Both the position numbers and the translations under genes were made by a program. The notes below the pieces were generated by a model. That model did not search any database and had not been told where the DNA came from. It saw only the letters and a program-made list of their open reading frames with translations. From a virus (taxonomy: Duplodnaviria; Caudoviricetes), in IMG/VR virus record IMGVR_UViG_3300022562_001605, positions 11,278 through 75,277 of that record: DNA of 64,000 nt; one strand, given 5' to 3'. Positions 36,877 to 46,482 of this stretch are shown here, piece after piece; the first letter of the stretch is position 1; each line of letters begins with the position of its first letter.

Positions 36877-37602
36877 TTAACCTATAAACGGTGAAGCGAA
36901 TATTGGTTCTATATCTATATTGTGCGATAATAAAACGCTGTTAACTTCTTCCATTGTAGTAGCCGCATTTATTTCTGCTTCTATACTCCACTTAAGTTGT
37001 GAAAGTGAAACGAGATTTGCTACTATTTCATTATAAACTGTTTGAACATCAGCAAGTGACAATGTGACAAAACTATTATCAAATAATCTGAAATCTATTT
37101 GAGTTAGATTTGCAATCGACATATGTTCTAATAGTGCCGAAACATTATCACGATCTACCGTGCGTGAATCTACTACAATACCCAACGATGTCGTATAACC
37201 TTCATCGCGCTGTTCACGCAAATGACTGCGTAACAATGAAATGGCGGAGGTTTTATAACTTGCTAATGGTGTTGACCATGCATCTAATTGTTCATTATAT
37301 TCATCTTCGGTATAAGTAGGTACTTTTGCGGTAAATCCAGTAGGAATTGGACCAATGTCTTCTACTATTGACATTGCTTTAGATGTCGTATTGTAAATAG
37401 TTTGTCCTCTATGATCTTCTTCAATAGTCCATGTTTCAGTGTCTTCATCAAATACAGCAACTTCACCAATATTAACTGTAGGTGGTGTAAGCGTTGTTGA
37501 AAACGCAGGCATCAATGGCACACCAGGCTCTCTAGGAGAATAGTATGGTTCTACTGATGTAGTGAACTCTTTAGTTTTCTTGTCATAGTTATGAATTAAC
37601 AT
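36877..37602 (-). CDS. tail fibre assembly protein with DUF4376-like C-terminus
   Basis: YD..T.EF...SP.EPG..MPA.ST..PP...W...EDHRG; C-terminal D.R..D..N pattern. Confidence 0.75.
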   Translation of the reverse strand: MLIHNYDKKTKEFTTSVEPYYSPREPGVPLMPAFSTTLTPPTVNIGEVAVFDEDTETWTIEEDHRGQTIYNTTSKAMSIVEDIGPIPTGFTAKVPTYTEDEYNEQLDAWSTPLASYKTSAISLLRSHLREQRDEGYTTSLGIVVDSRTVDRDNVSALLEHMSIANLTQIDFRLFDNSFVTLSLADVQTVYNEIVANLVSLSQLKWSIEAEINAATTMEEVNSVLLSHNIDIEPIFASPFIG

Positions 37603-37613
37603 AAAACACCCTT

Positions 37614-39449
37614 TTAAATATATTTAATTATCCAGTTTAATGCCATGTTCTTTGGTCGTGTTTCTGTTCCACCACCTACTGATACTGAACCAGAAGCAAC
37701 TAGTTGTGTTCCATATCTCCAGTACCTATTCTTAGAACATGAAGTATCCCAACCGCCATCCGGCCAGCCGCAGTAATCATTAGCTGTTAAATACGTATGT
37801 GTATGATCAAGTACGGTATCTGTTTGTAAATCACCAACAGTTCTACCACTTACCCAACCACGGACAAATTGATCACGAAGATCGGGAAGTTTAAATGTTC
37901 CTGCACCACCTATGCCGTATGTCGTTCCTATAACAGCGTACAATTCTGGATAAGATGCTTGTAATAATGTATATCCCCAACAGAAGAAATACCCTGTTGG
38001 TTCGGTTGAAGCACCAGATGGTGAAGCCCATGGGAAAATAGTCCCAATTGGAACACTATCGATTTCTGTTGCTAATTTTACATTAGCAGTTGATCGTCTT
38101 ACATAAACATCAGAGCTAGCGGCCACGCCCCCAACATACACATTATATGCAGCATCTATAGCTACTCGTTCCAAGCTATTGGTATAAACCCTGAAAGTAT
38201 CATCCGCTTGGTTAAGTGAAATATAATCATCGCCATCACCACCAAAGTTTATTCTACCAATACCACCGTTATTAATTGTTAAATTGCCTGTCATGGTATC
38301 ACCAGTGACATTTACATATCTGGCATCATTATAATCACGATCACCTACGTGTGTTCCAGCTGTTGGATCTAATGGACCAGATAACGTTTGATTATTCATC
38401 GCCAAAGCACCTGTCATGGTATCACCAGTGACATTTACGTATCTGGCATCATTATAATCACGATCACCTACGTGTGTTCCAGCTGTTGGATCTAATGGAC
38501 CAGATAGCGTTTGATTACCCATATCAAGGGAACCCGTCATTGCGTCACCAGTGACATTTACGTATCGCGAATCCGCCCAGCCAACATTTACTGCGTCGTT
38601 GGGTTGTGTAATAGAACCTGGAAGCGTATTTGCTGCATCCGTAGGATCGGCTAGATTTTTTATTTGATGTATGGCAGGCGAACCCATATCAAGGGTACCT
38701 TGCATAACTTTACTACCATCGCGTGGTAAAAAATTAGATGATACACGTATCCATGAACCACCTATATAAATTTGTAAATTTCTTCCATATTCATCACTTG
38801 ATGCAGCATATACGGTAGTTTCCCACCACAAGTCACCTGCCACGGCAGAAGTAGGTTGCGTATCTGATATTGTTATACCACCTACGCGTTTCCAATACGC
38901 GGTTTCTGGTGAACCCGCAATATCTGATATGAATAAATGTCCACGTGTTTGATTAAACCAAAGCTGTCCTTGGATAGGTGTTGATGCACCAAATGCACTT
39001 GCTTTATTTGGAACGCCAATTTCACCAGCATATCCTAAGTTTCCGCCAATGGTTAAAGCAGGCGAGCCACCTACAACAACCGTAGTTTCATCTGTTGGTG
39101 TACCAACATAACTAGAAGATTCTACAACATATGAACCATCGTTGTTATCTGAACTGAAAATATCAAATGTTCCAGCTGTAGGAAATGCTAAAGTAACATC
39201 ACCCGAAAATGTAATGGAGTTAGCAGTTACGGCTGTTATAGTATGAATATCTTCATCACTTGAAAAGTTTTCAAGCATATGAACAAGATTTTCAAGCATG
39301 ACTTCACCCCATAAGGAATGTCCCATGCCTATAAGATCTATATCGGTTTGTCTACTATATCCACTTGGACCTGTTATAGCAGCAGGTACGACATTAATCG
39401 TACTTTTACTAGGATCAACAAAATTTATTGTGTAATTTTTCGCAGCCAT
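37614..39449 (-). CDS. tail fibre with C-terminal tail-collar domain
   Basis: VPIGTIFPW, YPELYAVIGTTYG, FKLPDLR..FVRG, ETRPKNMAL.WIIK. Confidence 0.85.
   Translation of the reverse strand: MAAKNYTINFVDPSKSTINVVPAAITGPSGYSRQTDIDLIGMGHSLWGEVMLENLVHMLENFSSDEDIHTITAVTANSITFSGDVTLAFPTAGTFDIFSSDNNDGSYVVESSSYVGTPTDETTVVVGGSPALTIGGNLGYAGEIGVPNKASAFGASTPIQGQLWFNQTRGHLFISDIAGSPETAYWKRVGGITISDTQPTSAVAGDLWWETTVYAASSDEYGRNLQIYIGGSWIRVSSNFLPRDGSKVMQGTLDMGSPAIHQIKNLADPTDAANTLPGSITQPNDAVNVGWADSRYVNVTGDAMTGSLDMGNQTLSGPLDPTAGTHVGDRDYNDARYVNVTGDTMTGALAMNNQTLSGPLDPTAGTHVGDRDYNDARYVNVTGDTMTGNLTINNGGIGRINFGGDGDDYISLNQADDTFRVYTNSLERVAIDAAYNVYVGGVAASSDVYVRRSTANVKLATEIDSVPIGTIFPWASPSGASTEPTGYFFCWGYTLLQASYPELYAVIGTTYGIGGAGTFKLPDLRDQFVRGWVSGRTVGDLQTDTVLDHTHTYLTANDYCGWPDGGWDTSCSKNRYWRYGTQLVASGSVSVGGGTETRPKNMALNWIIKYI
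38287..38566. repeat. 123-bp (41-aa) tandem repeat, about 2.3 copies
   Basis: copies start at 38287, 38410, 38533; near-identical NQTLSGPLDPTAGTHVGDRDYNDARYVNVTGDTMTG. Confidence 0.9.
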
Positions 39450-39459
39450 TTATAAATTC

Positions 39460-40344
39460 CTATACATTATATCCATCAAGTAAAACATGCACGCCTATAA
39501 TCCAAGATTTAGCGCCCGTGCAGCCTGCTGCACCAGACCAATCTAATTGTAATTGATATGATTCTTTTCTAACTGCGACATCTGGTGTACTATCAGGATA
39601 AAAAGTACCCGATTGACTGCCTTGTCCGTTAGTGTGTGGAATTACAGAAAGATTGATTGGAAGGGTATTGTTATTACATTTTGTATAACTGTTGACGCTA
39701 AATTTAAACGCCATTGTATTAATTGGCATAGCAGAATATGTTGAATAATTATCACCCAAAAGGCTGATTCCTGCGCCGCAGTCTTGTGTTAATTCTTTTA
39801 TAATAGTTCCAGAGTCGCCGCCCATTTCTACTTCCATCAAAAGTTCACCCAAATAATTCCATCCTTGTTGGGTTACAGAAGGTTCTGGCATAGCAGTTCT
39901 ATCACCAAGTATAGACCAGCCAGATGAAGTATAAATGTATAATAGTTCGTTATCTACGTTGAACCATGGTTGACCAATTACAGGGAGTGTTATACCGTTC
40001 CCTCTACCAAGATCTTTTTCATCTTTAGGTAATTTTAAATGAATGGCGGGATTATAATCGTACCAAAGTTCTAATGGGTCTGTAGTCGGTGTATGAAATG
40101 GGTTATAATCACCCAATACTTTTTCGGGGCAGGCATTATTTTCTAAAAGTCTGATAAGATTTTGATTAACACCTTCGCCCCACTTAAGCGCTCCAAATCC
40201 ATAGATACGCAAATCTGAATTTCTTGAAACACCAGCAGGCCCATTAAGTTCGCCCGGACCGACTATAAAGGAATTCTTGGCGCGTTGTGATAATGTTCCA
40301 TTATCATTAAACGCGGTTTTTTTGATAAAAAATGATTCTGACAT
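39460..40344 (-). CDS. virion structural protein sharing the fibre N-terminal module
   Basis: YGFGALKWGEG.NQN...LLEN, GQPWFN. Confidence 0.7.
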   Translation of the reverse strand: MSESFFIKKTAFNDNGTLSQRAKNSFIVGPGELNGPAGVSRNSDLRIYGFGALKWGEGVNQNLIRLLENNACPEKVLGDYNPFHTPTTDPLELWYDYNPAIHLKLPKDEKDLGRGNGITLPVIGQPWFNVDNELLYIYTSSGWSILGDRTAMPEPSVTQQGWNYLGELLMEVEMGGDSGTIIKELTQDCGAGISLLGDNYSTYSAMPINTMAFKFSVNSYTKCNNNTLPINLSVIPHTNGQGSQSGTFYPDSTPDVAVRKESYQLQLDWSGAAGCTGAKSWIIGVHVLLDGYNV

Positions 40345-40398
40345 ATGCTATCCACTAAATGTTCAAGTATATGTCTATTTATCATAGGAATATTAACG

Positions 40399-41085
40399 CT
40401 ATAATCCTAATTCTGTAATGTATTGTTTAATAATTTTAAGGTCTTGTGGATGGTTTTCGAATCGCTGTTTCCAATATTCAGGATTAATGATAGTTTCTAG
40501 AATGATTCTTTCTTCTTTAGTGGTGCCATTTATATAAAAATCTGCAAATTTCTTGCTATTCAATAATATCCATGGGGAAAGCCTGCGCTGGTGGAGAAGC
40601 TGGATAAGTTCATTTGGTGTAATAACATCGAATATTTGGCTTACTTCTACACCGGCCGCCTCCGCAATATCGAACATTGTCTTAATGGTTATTTTAGCTA
40701 AATCCTTGGCTGGTACTTTTCTAGTAATGTGTTCGAGATATCTGCGGTAGGCTGCATCTTTAGTCCAAAAATTTGGATCTACACCTATTCGCACCATTAA
40801 GTCTATGAATATCTTAACATCGGGTAGTTGTGTCTTTTTAACGAATTTGGCAAAGTTGAAAAAAGCGTTGAAATATTTAGAATTTTTAAAAGCATCTGAT
40901 GCTGGAAGAACGCTATTGTGTTTTGTTTTCATCCAATCTCTATAATAATGCCATGCAGATTGCCCTGCGGCTGACTTAAAATCTTCTTCGCGCAGCATTT
41001 CTTTACATCTGTGTTTTAGAAATCGTGATTCTGACTTAAACCCGTGTTGACAAAATTCACATCTATACAAAAAATTTGTAGGCAT
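40399..41085 (-). CDS. phage protein with N-terminal Zn finger
   Basis: YRCEFC...F..H.C. Confidence 0.65.
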   Translation of the reverse strand: MPTNFLYRCEFCQHGFKSESRFLKHRCKEMLREEDFKSAAGQSAWHYYRDWMKTKHNSVLPASDAFKNSKYFNAFFNFAKFVKKTQLPDVKIFIDLMVRIGVDPNFWTKDAAYRRYLEHITRKVPAKDLAKITIKTMFDIAEAAGVEVSQIFDVITPNELIQLLHQRRLSPWILLNSKKFADFYINGTTKEERIILETIINPEYWKQRFENHPQDLKIIKQYITELGL

Positions 41086-41086
41086 T

Positions 41087-41563
41087 TTATATTAGCCTTG
41101 TTTTTAATTCTTTCTTAATGGTGGCTATTTCTGGTGGTTGTTTTCCAAGTTGTTCTGCAAAAGAAAGAACATCTTCATTAGAAATTAACAGCAATGCTTC
41201 CATAGCCTCAAGTGTACTATAATGAAAGTATTCTTTTATTACTTCTACCGACTTGGGTGTGCTAGTAGTCTTTTTTGATTTGGCTTTTATAAAGTTATAC
41301 TTGTATTGTTTTCCAGACGTGCACAGTGACATAAGCTGATTTAACAGTTCCTTATGCTTTCCTAAAGTGAAAACAAATGGGTTAACAAGTTCATTTAAGA
41401 AAAAGACTTGTCTTGCGTCACTAGTACCTGACAACCAACGCATTATGATAAGCGGACTAATTTCTTTCTTTTCATCGTCGGAAAGAGAATTATAAAACTT
41501 ACTATTTTTTCTACTAAGATTGTTAAGGTAGGTAAATAAATCTAACTTATATTCTTTAGCCAT
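41087..41563 (-). CDS. clamp loader small subunit (gp62-like)
   Basis: LDLF..L..., P....RW.S, near gp44-like gene. Confidence 0.6.
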   Translation of the reverse strand: MAKEYKLDLFTYLNNLSRKNSKFYNSLSDDEKKEISPLIIMRWLSGTSDARQVFFLNELVNPFVFTLGKHKELLNQLMSLCTSGKQYKYNFIKAKSKKTTSTPKSVEVIKEYFHYSTLEAMEALLLISNEDVLSFAEQLGKQPPEIATIKKELKTRLI

Positions 41564-41891
41564 TTGGTATACTAATTCGCTTATTACAAAACTTACATTC
41601 TATATACCCATCTTTAAGAACTAAATGTTCGTATGGGTGGATACATTCATTAACCATTTCTTTACGCAACATTTGTATTTGATCAAGAATTGGCTGTTTT
41701 TCTTCTTTAATTATATTGAGTATTTTTTGCTGTATAGGTTCCAAATCTTCGATTAACTTTTCCATGTTAGCAAGTTTACGCTTCCAAGCGGTTTTTTCAC
41801 TTCTATCAGCAAAATTGGATATTTTTTCAAAAAGAAGACGAACTTCTGCTTGGTCTTCTGTTTCGTTTTCTGGTTTTTTTCTTCTTGCCAT
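41556..41891 (-). CDS. hypothetical protein with C-terminal Zn-binding motif
   Basis: C.HP...CKFC. Confidence 0.6.
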   Translation of the reverse strand: MARRKKPENETEDQAEVRLLFEKISNFADRSEKTAWKRKLANMEKLIEDLEPIQQKILNIIKEEKQPILDQIQMLRKEMVNECIHPYEHLVLKDGYIECKFCNKRISIPNG

Positions 41892-42844
41892 TATTCTAAA
41901 ATTCCCATTGCTTTATTATATGCATCGGTATTAACTGCATTTGCGTGCCATTTTTCTAGCGCAACACCCATACTTTCGGGAAGTGTTTTACCACCTTCAA
42001 TATTAAAATCAAGATCCAATTGCTCCGCTATTTCTTTTGTTACAGTAAAGGATAGTGGAACATCTAAACCATTTGCAGTTACGTATGCATCGACTATTGC
42101 ATCATATTGTTGCTGTGCTTTTTGCATTTGTTCCGGTACACGCAATCCTGCATATAGTCGTTGTCTAAAATATTCAAGGTCTGCCAATTCAAGATCTTCA
42201 AGAGTTGGAAGCGTTTCTACCAAACTGCCACGTGGTATGCTTCCATCCCTGACGAAAATAAAATCTTCTGTTAAGGATAGTGGATCATATGGATTATATC
42301 CATCGACTATACATGGTGATTTACGGTCTTCTTCATAATCGTCAAGTTTGGCTTTAAGTCTGTCAATTTCCATTACTTGCCATGATATTAATTCCATATA
42401 TTCTTCGTTGGTTTCGCGTAACGATTTAATTTCATCTTTAAGCTCTACGATTCGCTCTCTATCAGAACGCATTATTCCAGCAGGTGTCCACCAAGTACTA
42501 TAAGAATAATCGCCGCCAGCTTGTGCAAAATCAACACCAACTAACGTATTTTTGAAAAAATCTGGATTGGAAAATCCTATAGAGTGTTTTTCTGGCGTAT
42601 TAATTAGTTTTATTTTTTCAATGGCTTCATTTAAAGATTCCATGGAAAATTTTATCGTTTCATCTACAGAAACAGAAGTAGATGTGCAATTTCCACCCGC
42701 AATTTCTGTAATCAAATGATCAGTCTCCAAATCTGCTCCACCCAAAAAACGTTCTAATACGAATTTGCTTGACATATAAGGATAATCATAGTTACCATTT
42801 AATTTAGGTTCTTCTTTTAACATTTTTTCTAATTCATCTAACAT
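41891..42844 (-). CDS. hypothetical protein
   Basis: long ORF, AAGG RBS. Confidence 0.6.
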   Translation of the reverse strand: MLDELEKMLKEEPKLNGNYDYPYMSSKFVLERFLGGADLETDHLITEIAGGNCTSTSVSVDETIKFSMESLNEAIEKIKLINTPEKHSIGFSNPDFFKNTLVGVDFAQAGGDYSYSTWWTPAGIMRSDRERIVELKDEIKSLRETNEEYMELISWQVMEIDRLKAKLDDYEEDRKSPCIVDGYNPYDPLSLTEDFIFVRDGSIPRGSLVETLPTLEDLELADLEYFRQRLYAGLRVPEQMQKAQQQYDAIVDAYVTANGLDVPLSFTVTKEIAEQLDLDFNIEGGKTLPESMGVALEKWHANAVNTDAYNKAMGILE

Positions 42845-42854
42845 TGTTGTTTCC

Positions 42855-43787
42855 TTATATTTGTGATAATCTTATAAACATTCCTGCTGCATTAATTTCA
42901 GGATCTGCAAAAAGTGCATTCTTATAAAGATGGTCGGCCACAACTACTATACCAGCTTCCCACTTTTCTTTTTTACTAAATTTCTTCGATTTGTCGAGGT
43001 TTTCGTAAAGAAAACGATACAAATCTTCCCATTCTTCTGATGCTACATTACTACAAGCAAGTTTACGTGCATTTTCCCAATCATCAATAGTAATCATATC
43101 TAGTAATTTAAACTTATAATCACCAGATTCAGATTCTGCAACCAAAGATTGTAATTTACCATCAATTGTATTCTGTTGTAATAAATTAATTATTTTTCTT
43201 ATATCTGGGTAACCAACTGCTATATATTTGTCTAATAGATCAATGGTAAATTTAACATTTTCTGCTAAAAGGAGTTTTGCAGTTAGTTCCGCAATCTCGT
43301 CACGGTCGGCAGCCTTAAATCTAAATTGTTGACTACGTGATTTAATAGGGGGGATTATTTTACTTTCGTAATTACAAGTAAGGATAAATCGTGCTGGACA
43401 GTTTGGGTCTTCCATATATTTGCGAAGAATTGCTTGCGCATTTAAGGAAAGATAATCTGCTTCTTCTAATTGAATAACCTTAAAACTACCCATAGCGAAT
43501 GTAGTTATAAAGCTCTTAATTTTGTCGCGCATAACATCAACAGAGTTTTCATCTGATGCATTTATAAGTAAAACGTCTGATGGGTCTATATCTAATGCTT
43601 TTATTAAAATTTGGGCTATTGTTGTTTTTCCACTACCTTGGACACCAGATAACAACAAATGTGGAATAGTTCCATCCTGAACCATTTGTTGAAATGATTT
43701 TTTATGTGAAGCATCGTGAAAAACGTATTCATCGAATGTAGATGGGCGGTATTTTTCAACCCATAATATGTGCTTATTAGCTTTCAT
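42855..43787 (-). CDS. clamp loader large subunit (gp44/RFC small subunit-like)
   Basis: WVEKYRP, GVQGSGKTT, INASDE, LEEADYL, FILTCNY, I.SR. Confidence 0.92.
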   Translation of the reverse strand: MKANKHILWVEKYRPSTFDEYVFHDASHKKSFQQMVQDGTIPHLLLSGVQGSGKTTIAQILIKALDIDPSDVLLINASDENSVDVMRDKIKSFITTFAMGSFKVIQLEEADYLSLNAQAILRKYMEDPNCPARFILTCNYESKIIPPIKSRSQQFRFKAADRDEIAELTAKLLLAENVKFTIDLLDKYIAVGYPDIRKIINLLQQNTIDGKLQSLVAESESGDYKFKLLDMITIDDWENARKLACSNVASEEWEDLYRFLYENLDKSKKFSKKEKWEAGIVVVADHLYKNALFADPEINAAGMFIRLSQI

Positions 43788-43815
43788 TTTTTATTATTCT
43801 CCATATTATCAGGGA

Positions 43816-43844
43816 ATAATACTATATCATGATTACTATGTCAA
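43816..43844 (-). promoter_or_regulatory. sigma70-type promoter
   Basis: TTGACA-17-TATTAT. Confidence 0.7.
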
Positions 43845-44791
43845 CTTTTTTTATTTGGGTTTCTGATTTTTTCTGTGACAATTTTTCTTTGAAGCATTTC
43901 TTCCAACATACCTCTTTGTGCTATTTGATCTGGGGACAATTCCTTATCTTGTAGTTCGTTTAAAGCTTTCTTTATTTCATCAACACCTATATTAGCAGTA
44001 GGGTTTATATCTTTCAACTCGATTTTCGCGACATTTACCATAGGTTCGACTTTTGTATAACCCAATTGTTTTTTACGTTCCATAATAGCATTATTTAACA
44101 TAATAGTTAAAGCGACTGCTAATGGATCAAATGCAAACATAATGAATATTATCATCCATTTAGTTGCATCATCTGTGCTTCTAGCCATAGCCTTTGCTAT
44201 AAAAATTATAGGTCCAGTATGAACTTCATTAACTAGTTTTTGTTGTTTTAACTTGGATATTTCAAGTGTTTTTTCATTTATTTGTCGCGTATATAATTCT
44301 ATATCGTCGCGTAATTGTAGCAGTTCTGGTCCATAGGCTTTCATCAATCTTTGTCTACCGGTAATAAAATTATTAGGTAAGGCGGCTATATCCGTATCAA
44401 TTTGTTTCCGACGATTTAAACGTTCTTCTTTAAATTTAAACAGTTCATCTTTTTCTGATTCGAGCAAGTGAATATTTTGCTCTTGTTGTTTTAGTGATAA
44501 TGTATCTTGTTGGTAACCCATGGAAAGAAACCCGAAAATACCTGCGGATGTTATCAACATTAAAACTAGAATAGCAGATACCAAATATACTTTCATGAAT
44601 CCAGACATTGTTTTTCTATAACGATAAACAGCAGAAGCGGCAACCAACTTTCCAGCTTCAAGAGAAGCCCCCATTATAACAACCGGCCAGAATATACCTG
44701 AGAAAATAGCGGCAAGGCCGTAAATACTGAAAAATGCGGCACTTCCAGCAATCGCTAGTGTTACTAATGATAAAATGATGATAAAACCCAT
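43841..44791 (-). CDS. membrane protein with periplasmic coiled coil
   Basis: AAFFSIYGL, LEAGKLV, ITSAGIFGFLS, FDPLAV; TATAAATA at 44814-21. Confidence 0.75.
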   Translation of the reverse strand: MGFIIILSLVTLAIAGSAAFFSIYGLAAIFSGIFWPVVIMGASLEAGKLVAASAVYRYRKTMSGFMKVYLVSAILVLMLITSAGIFGFLSMGYQQDTLSLKQQEQNIHLLESEKDELFKFKEERLNRRKQIDTDIAALPNNFITGRQRLMKAYGPELLQLRDDIELYTRQINEKTLEISKLKQQKLVNEVHTGPIIFIAKAMARSTDDATKWMIIFIMFAFDPLAVALTIMLNNAIMERKKQLGYTKVEPMVNVAKIELKDINPTANIGVDEIKKALNELQDKELSPDQIAQRGMLEEMLQRKIVTEKIRNPNKKS

Positions 44792-44837
44792 AATGTTCCT
44801 TCTATTTAAAAGGTATTTATAGGTTTACGGAAGGTTA

Positions 44838-45161
44838 TTATTGAAAATTTTCGTCTAGGGCAAGAACTTTAGACTCATCTGTACGCCAATATGATTCACC
44901 TTCGAATTTCACGGCTTCTGTCCACTGAAGTGCATCGATTAAAATCCTTGATCCTACATGAATATCTTCTTCTACTTCCGATCCTACAGATGTAACAATA
45001 CCCCATCTTGGTTTTTTTGTACCTTCGTCAAAATTAGATATTTCAAATCCCCAGTCAGTTTTTTCGCTAAATTGCGAACGATTCTTTCCTTGATCTGATT
45101 TATGTACAATACTATCTTCAAATTGGAAGATAATATGATTTTTAATAGCTCTTAATGGCAT
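44838..45161 (-). CDS. groES: co-chaperonin GroES-like
   Basis: LRAIKNHII...WGIVTSVG...VG..IL...ES.VLA. Confidence 0.75.
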   Translation of the reverse strand: MPLRAIKNHIIFQFEDSIVHKSDQGKNRSQFSEKTDWGFEISNFDEGTKKPRWGIVTSVGSEVEEDIHVGSRILIDALQWTEAVKFEGESYWRTDESKVLALDENFQ

Positions 45162-45171
45162 TTTTTATTCC

Positions 45172-45486
45172 TTATTCTTCTGTTTTTTTCTTTCTTGCTT
45201 TTTGTTTAGTAGTAGTTGTTTTTTCTGTTGTAGTAACCTCTTCAACAGACATTTCTTCAGTGGCAGCAATATCCGCAGCCGGCTCTGGAAGTTTTGGTTC
45301 AACATTCACTTCTGCTTTATCAACAGGTACTGTCTTTTTCTTCATTCTACGCTTCAAACGGTTTTCAATAAAGTTCTGACGAGTTTTAACTTCTGTTGGT
45401 GTTGGTGCGGAAGCGATCTGTTCTTTGATTTTAAGCAAATCAAAATCAACAACTTCGCCTTTAGCGCTTCTAACCTTTCGTGGCAT
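45172..45486 (-). CDS. hypothetical protein
   Basis: RSA.G..VDFDLL; GGAG RBS. Confidence 0.65.
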   Translation of the reverse strand: MPRKVRSAKGEVVDFDLLKIKEQIASAPTPTEVKTRQNFIENRLKRRMKKKTVPVDKAEVNVEPKLPEPAADIAATEEMSVEEVTTTEKTTTTKQKARKKKTEE

Positions 45487-45503
45487 ATTAATCTCCTGTT
45501 ATA

Positions 45504-46064
45504 TTATTCGGTTCGTAAGAAATCTTCTATATTTAGTCCATATTGGAAACTATCAATATCATGAACACCTATTAGGTATAAAACGTATGAAGATACGCTA
45601 CTTCCGCGCCCTACCCCCCAAACAAGGTTCTTTTCTATCAATGTATTTATAATATATATGAGCGTTCTAAGTGTATCAAAAAGCTTCAATTTTCTATAAA
45701 TTTCTAGTTCTTTAACGCATCTAAGCTCTCTTTCTTCTATATCGTTCGAACTCCCATCTATTTCAAATAATTTTTCTGCCACATAGGAAATTACGTCCAA
45801 CGACTTATATTCGTCAGGAATATTCCATTCAAATGAACAATCTTGTACGTTTTGTTTTACTAGGATTTGTTCTTTTTTCGGAACATTAGCATTGAACTGC
45901 TTTATTTCATTAGTCAATTCTTCAACAAACAACGAATCTACAGATTTACCTGTCGAAATTCTTTCAATCAAATATTTTGCATTAACTGTAGAATCACCAT
46001 CAAACCATAAAATTCTATCACTTAATTTGGTACTATTATGAGAATGAGCTTTCAAATGTTCCAT
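45504..46064 (-). CDS. minimal DnaE (Pol III alpha) fragment, N-terminal half
   Basis: EL...R......I......N.VWGVGRGSS.SS..LYLIG...ID...Y.L..E.FL. Confidence 0.82.
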   Translation of the reverse strand: MEHLKAHSHNSTKLSDRILWFDGDSTVNAKYLIERISTGKSVDSLFVEELTNEIKQFNANVPKKEQILVKQNVQDCSFEWNIPDEYKSLDVISYVAEKLFEIDGSSNDIEERELRCVKELEIYRKLKLFDTLRTLIYIINTLIEKNLVWGVGRGSSVSSYVLYLIGVHDIDSFQYGLNIEDFLRTE

Positions 46065-46467
46065 TAGTAGTATCAATATCTGGTGTCTTAATTTTTCCAC
46101 CATTTGCGGCAGGATTTAATAATTTCTTAGCCTGTGACGACATTTCAACCGGAGCGCTCATTGGGACGCCACCAGGTACAGGTGGAGCAGGCATAATACC
46201 CGGCACCACTGGTTGCGTCATCTGCGGCATTTGCGTCATCTGCGGATATTGTGGCATCTGCGACAATCCACTATTTCCTACGGTTTGTTTTTCAACGATC
46301 TTTTCAACGGGTTTTTCTTCGATTATACTATCAATCTTTTCACGAATTAATATCCATTGATCGCGATTGGGACACCAATTGTCCGGTTGTAATTCTTCTA
46401 CACCTTGTAACCATGCTTTGAATTCACGTAATGTTTGTTTTTGCTTTCTTTTCTTTATTTTACTCAT
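46036..46467 (-). CDS. hypothetical protein, Pro/Gln-rich C-terminus
   Basis: EFKAWL.G...W.P..QW..I. Confidence 0.65.
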   Translation of the reverse strand: MSKIKKRKQKQTLREFKAWLQGVEELQPDNWCPNRDQWILIREKIDSIIEEKPVEKIVEKQTVGNSGLSQMPQYPQMTQMPQMTQPVVPGIMPAPPVPGGVPMSAPVEMSSQAKKLLNPAANGGKIKTPDIDTTNGTFESSFS

Positions 46468-46482
46468 CTCAGATATCCTATA

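Noticed and set aside
38287-38566. CRISPR array or DGR template/variable repeat
   Set aside because: The 123-bp units are contiguous with no spacers, lie in frame within a fibre gene, show no adenine-specific divergence, and no reverse transcriptase or cas gene is in the window
30898-46103. Split intein joining the DnaE fragments
   Set aside because: No intein N-terminal (C/S start, block B) or C-terminal (HN) motifs at the fragment ends
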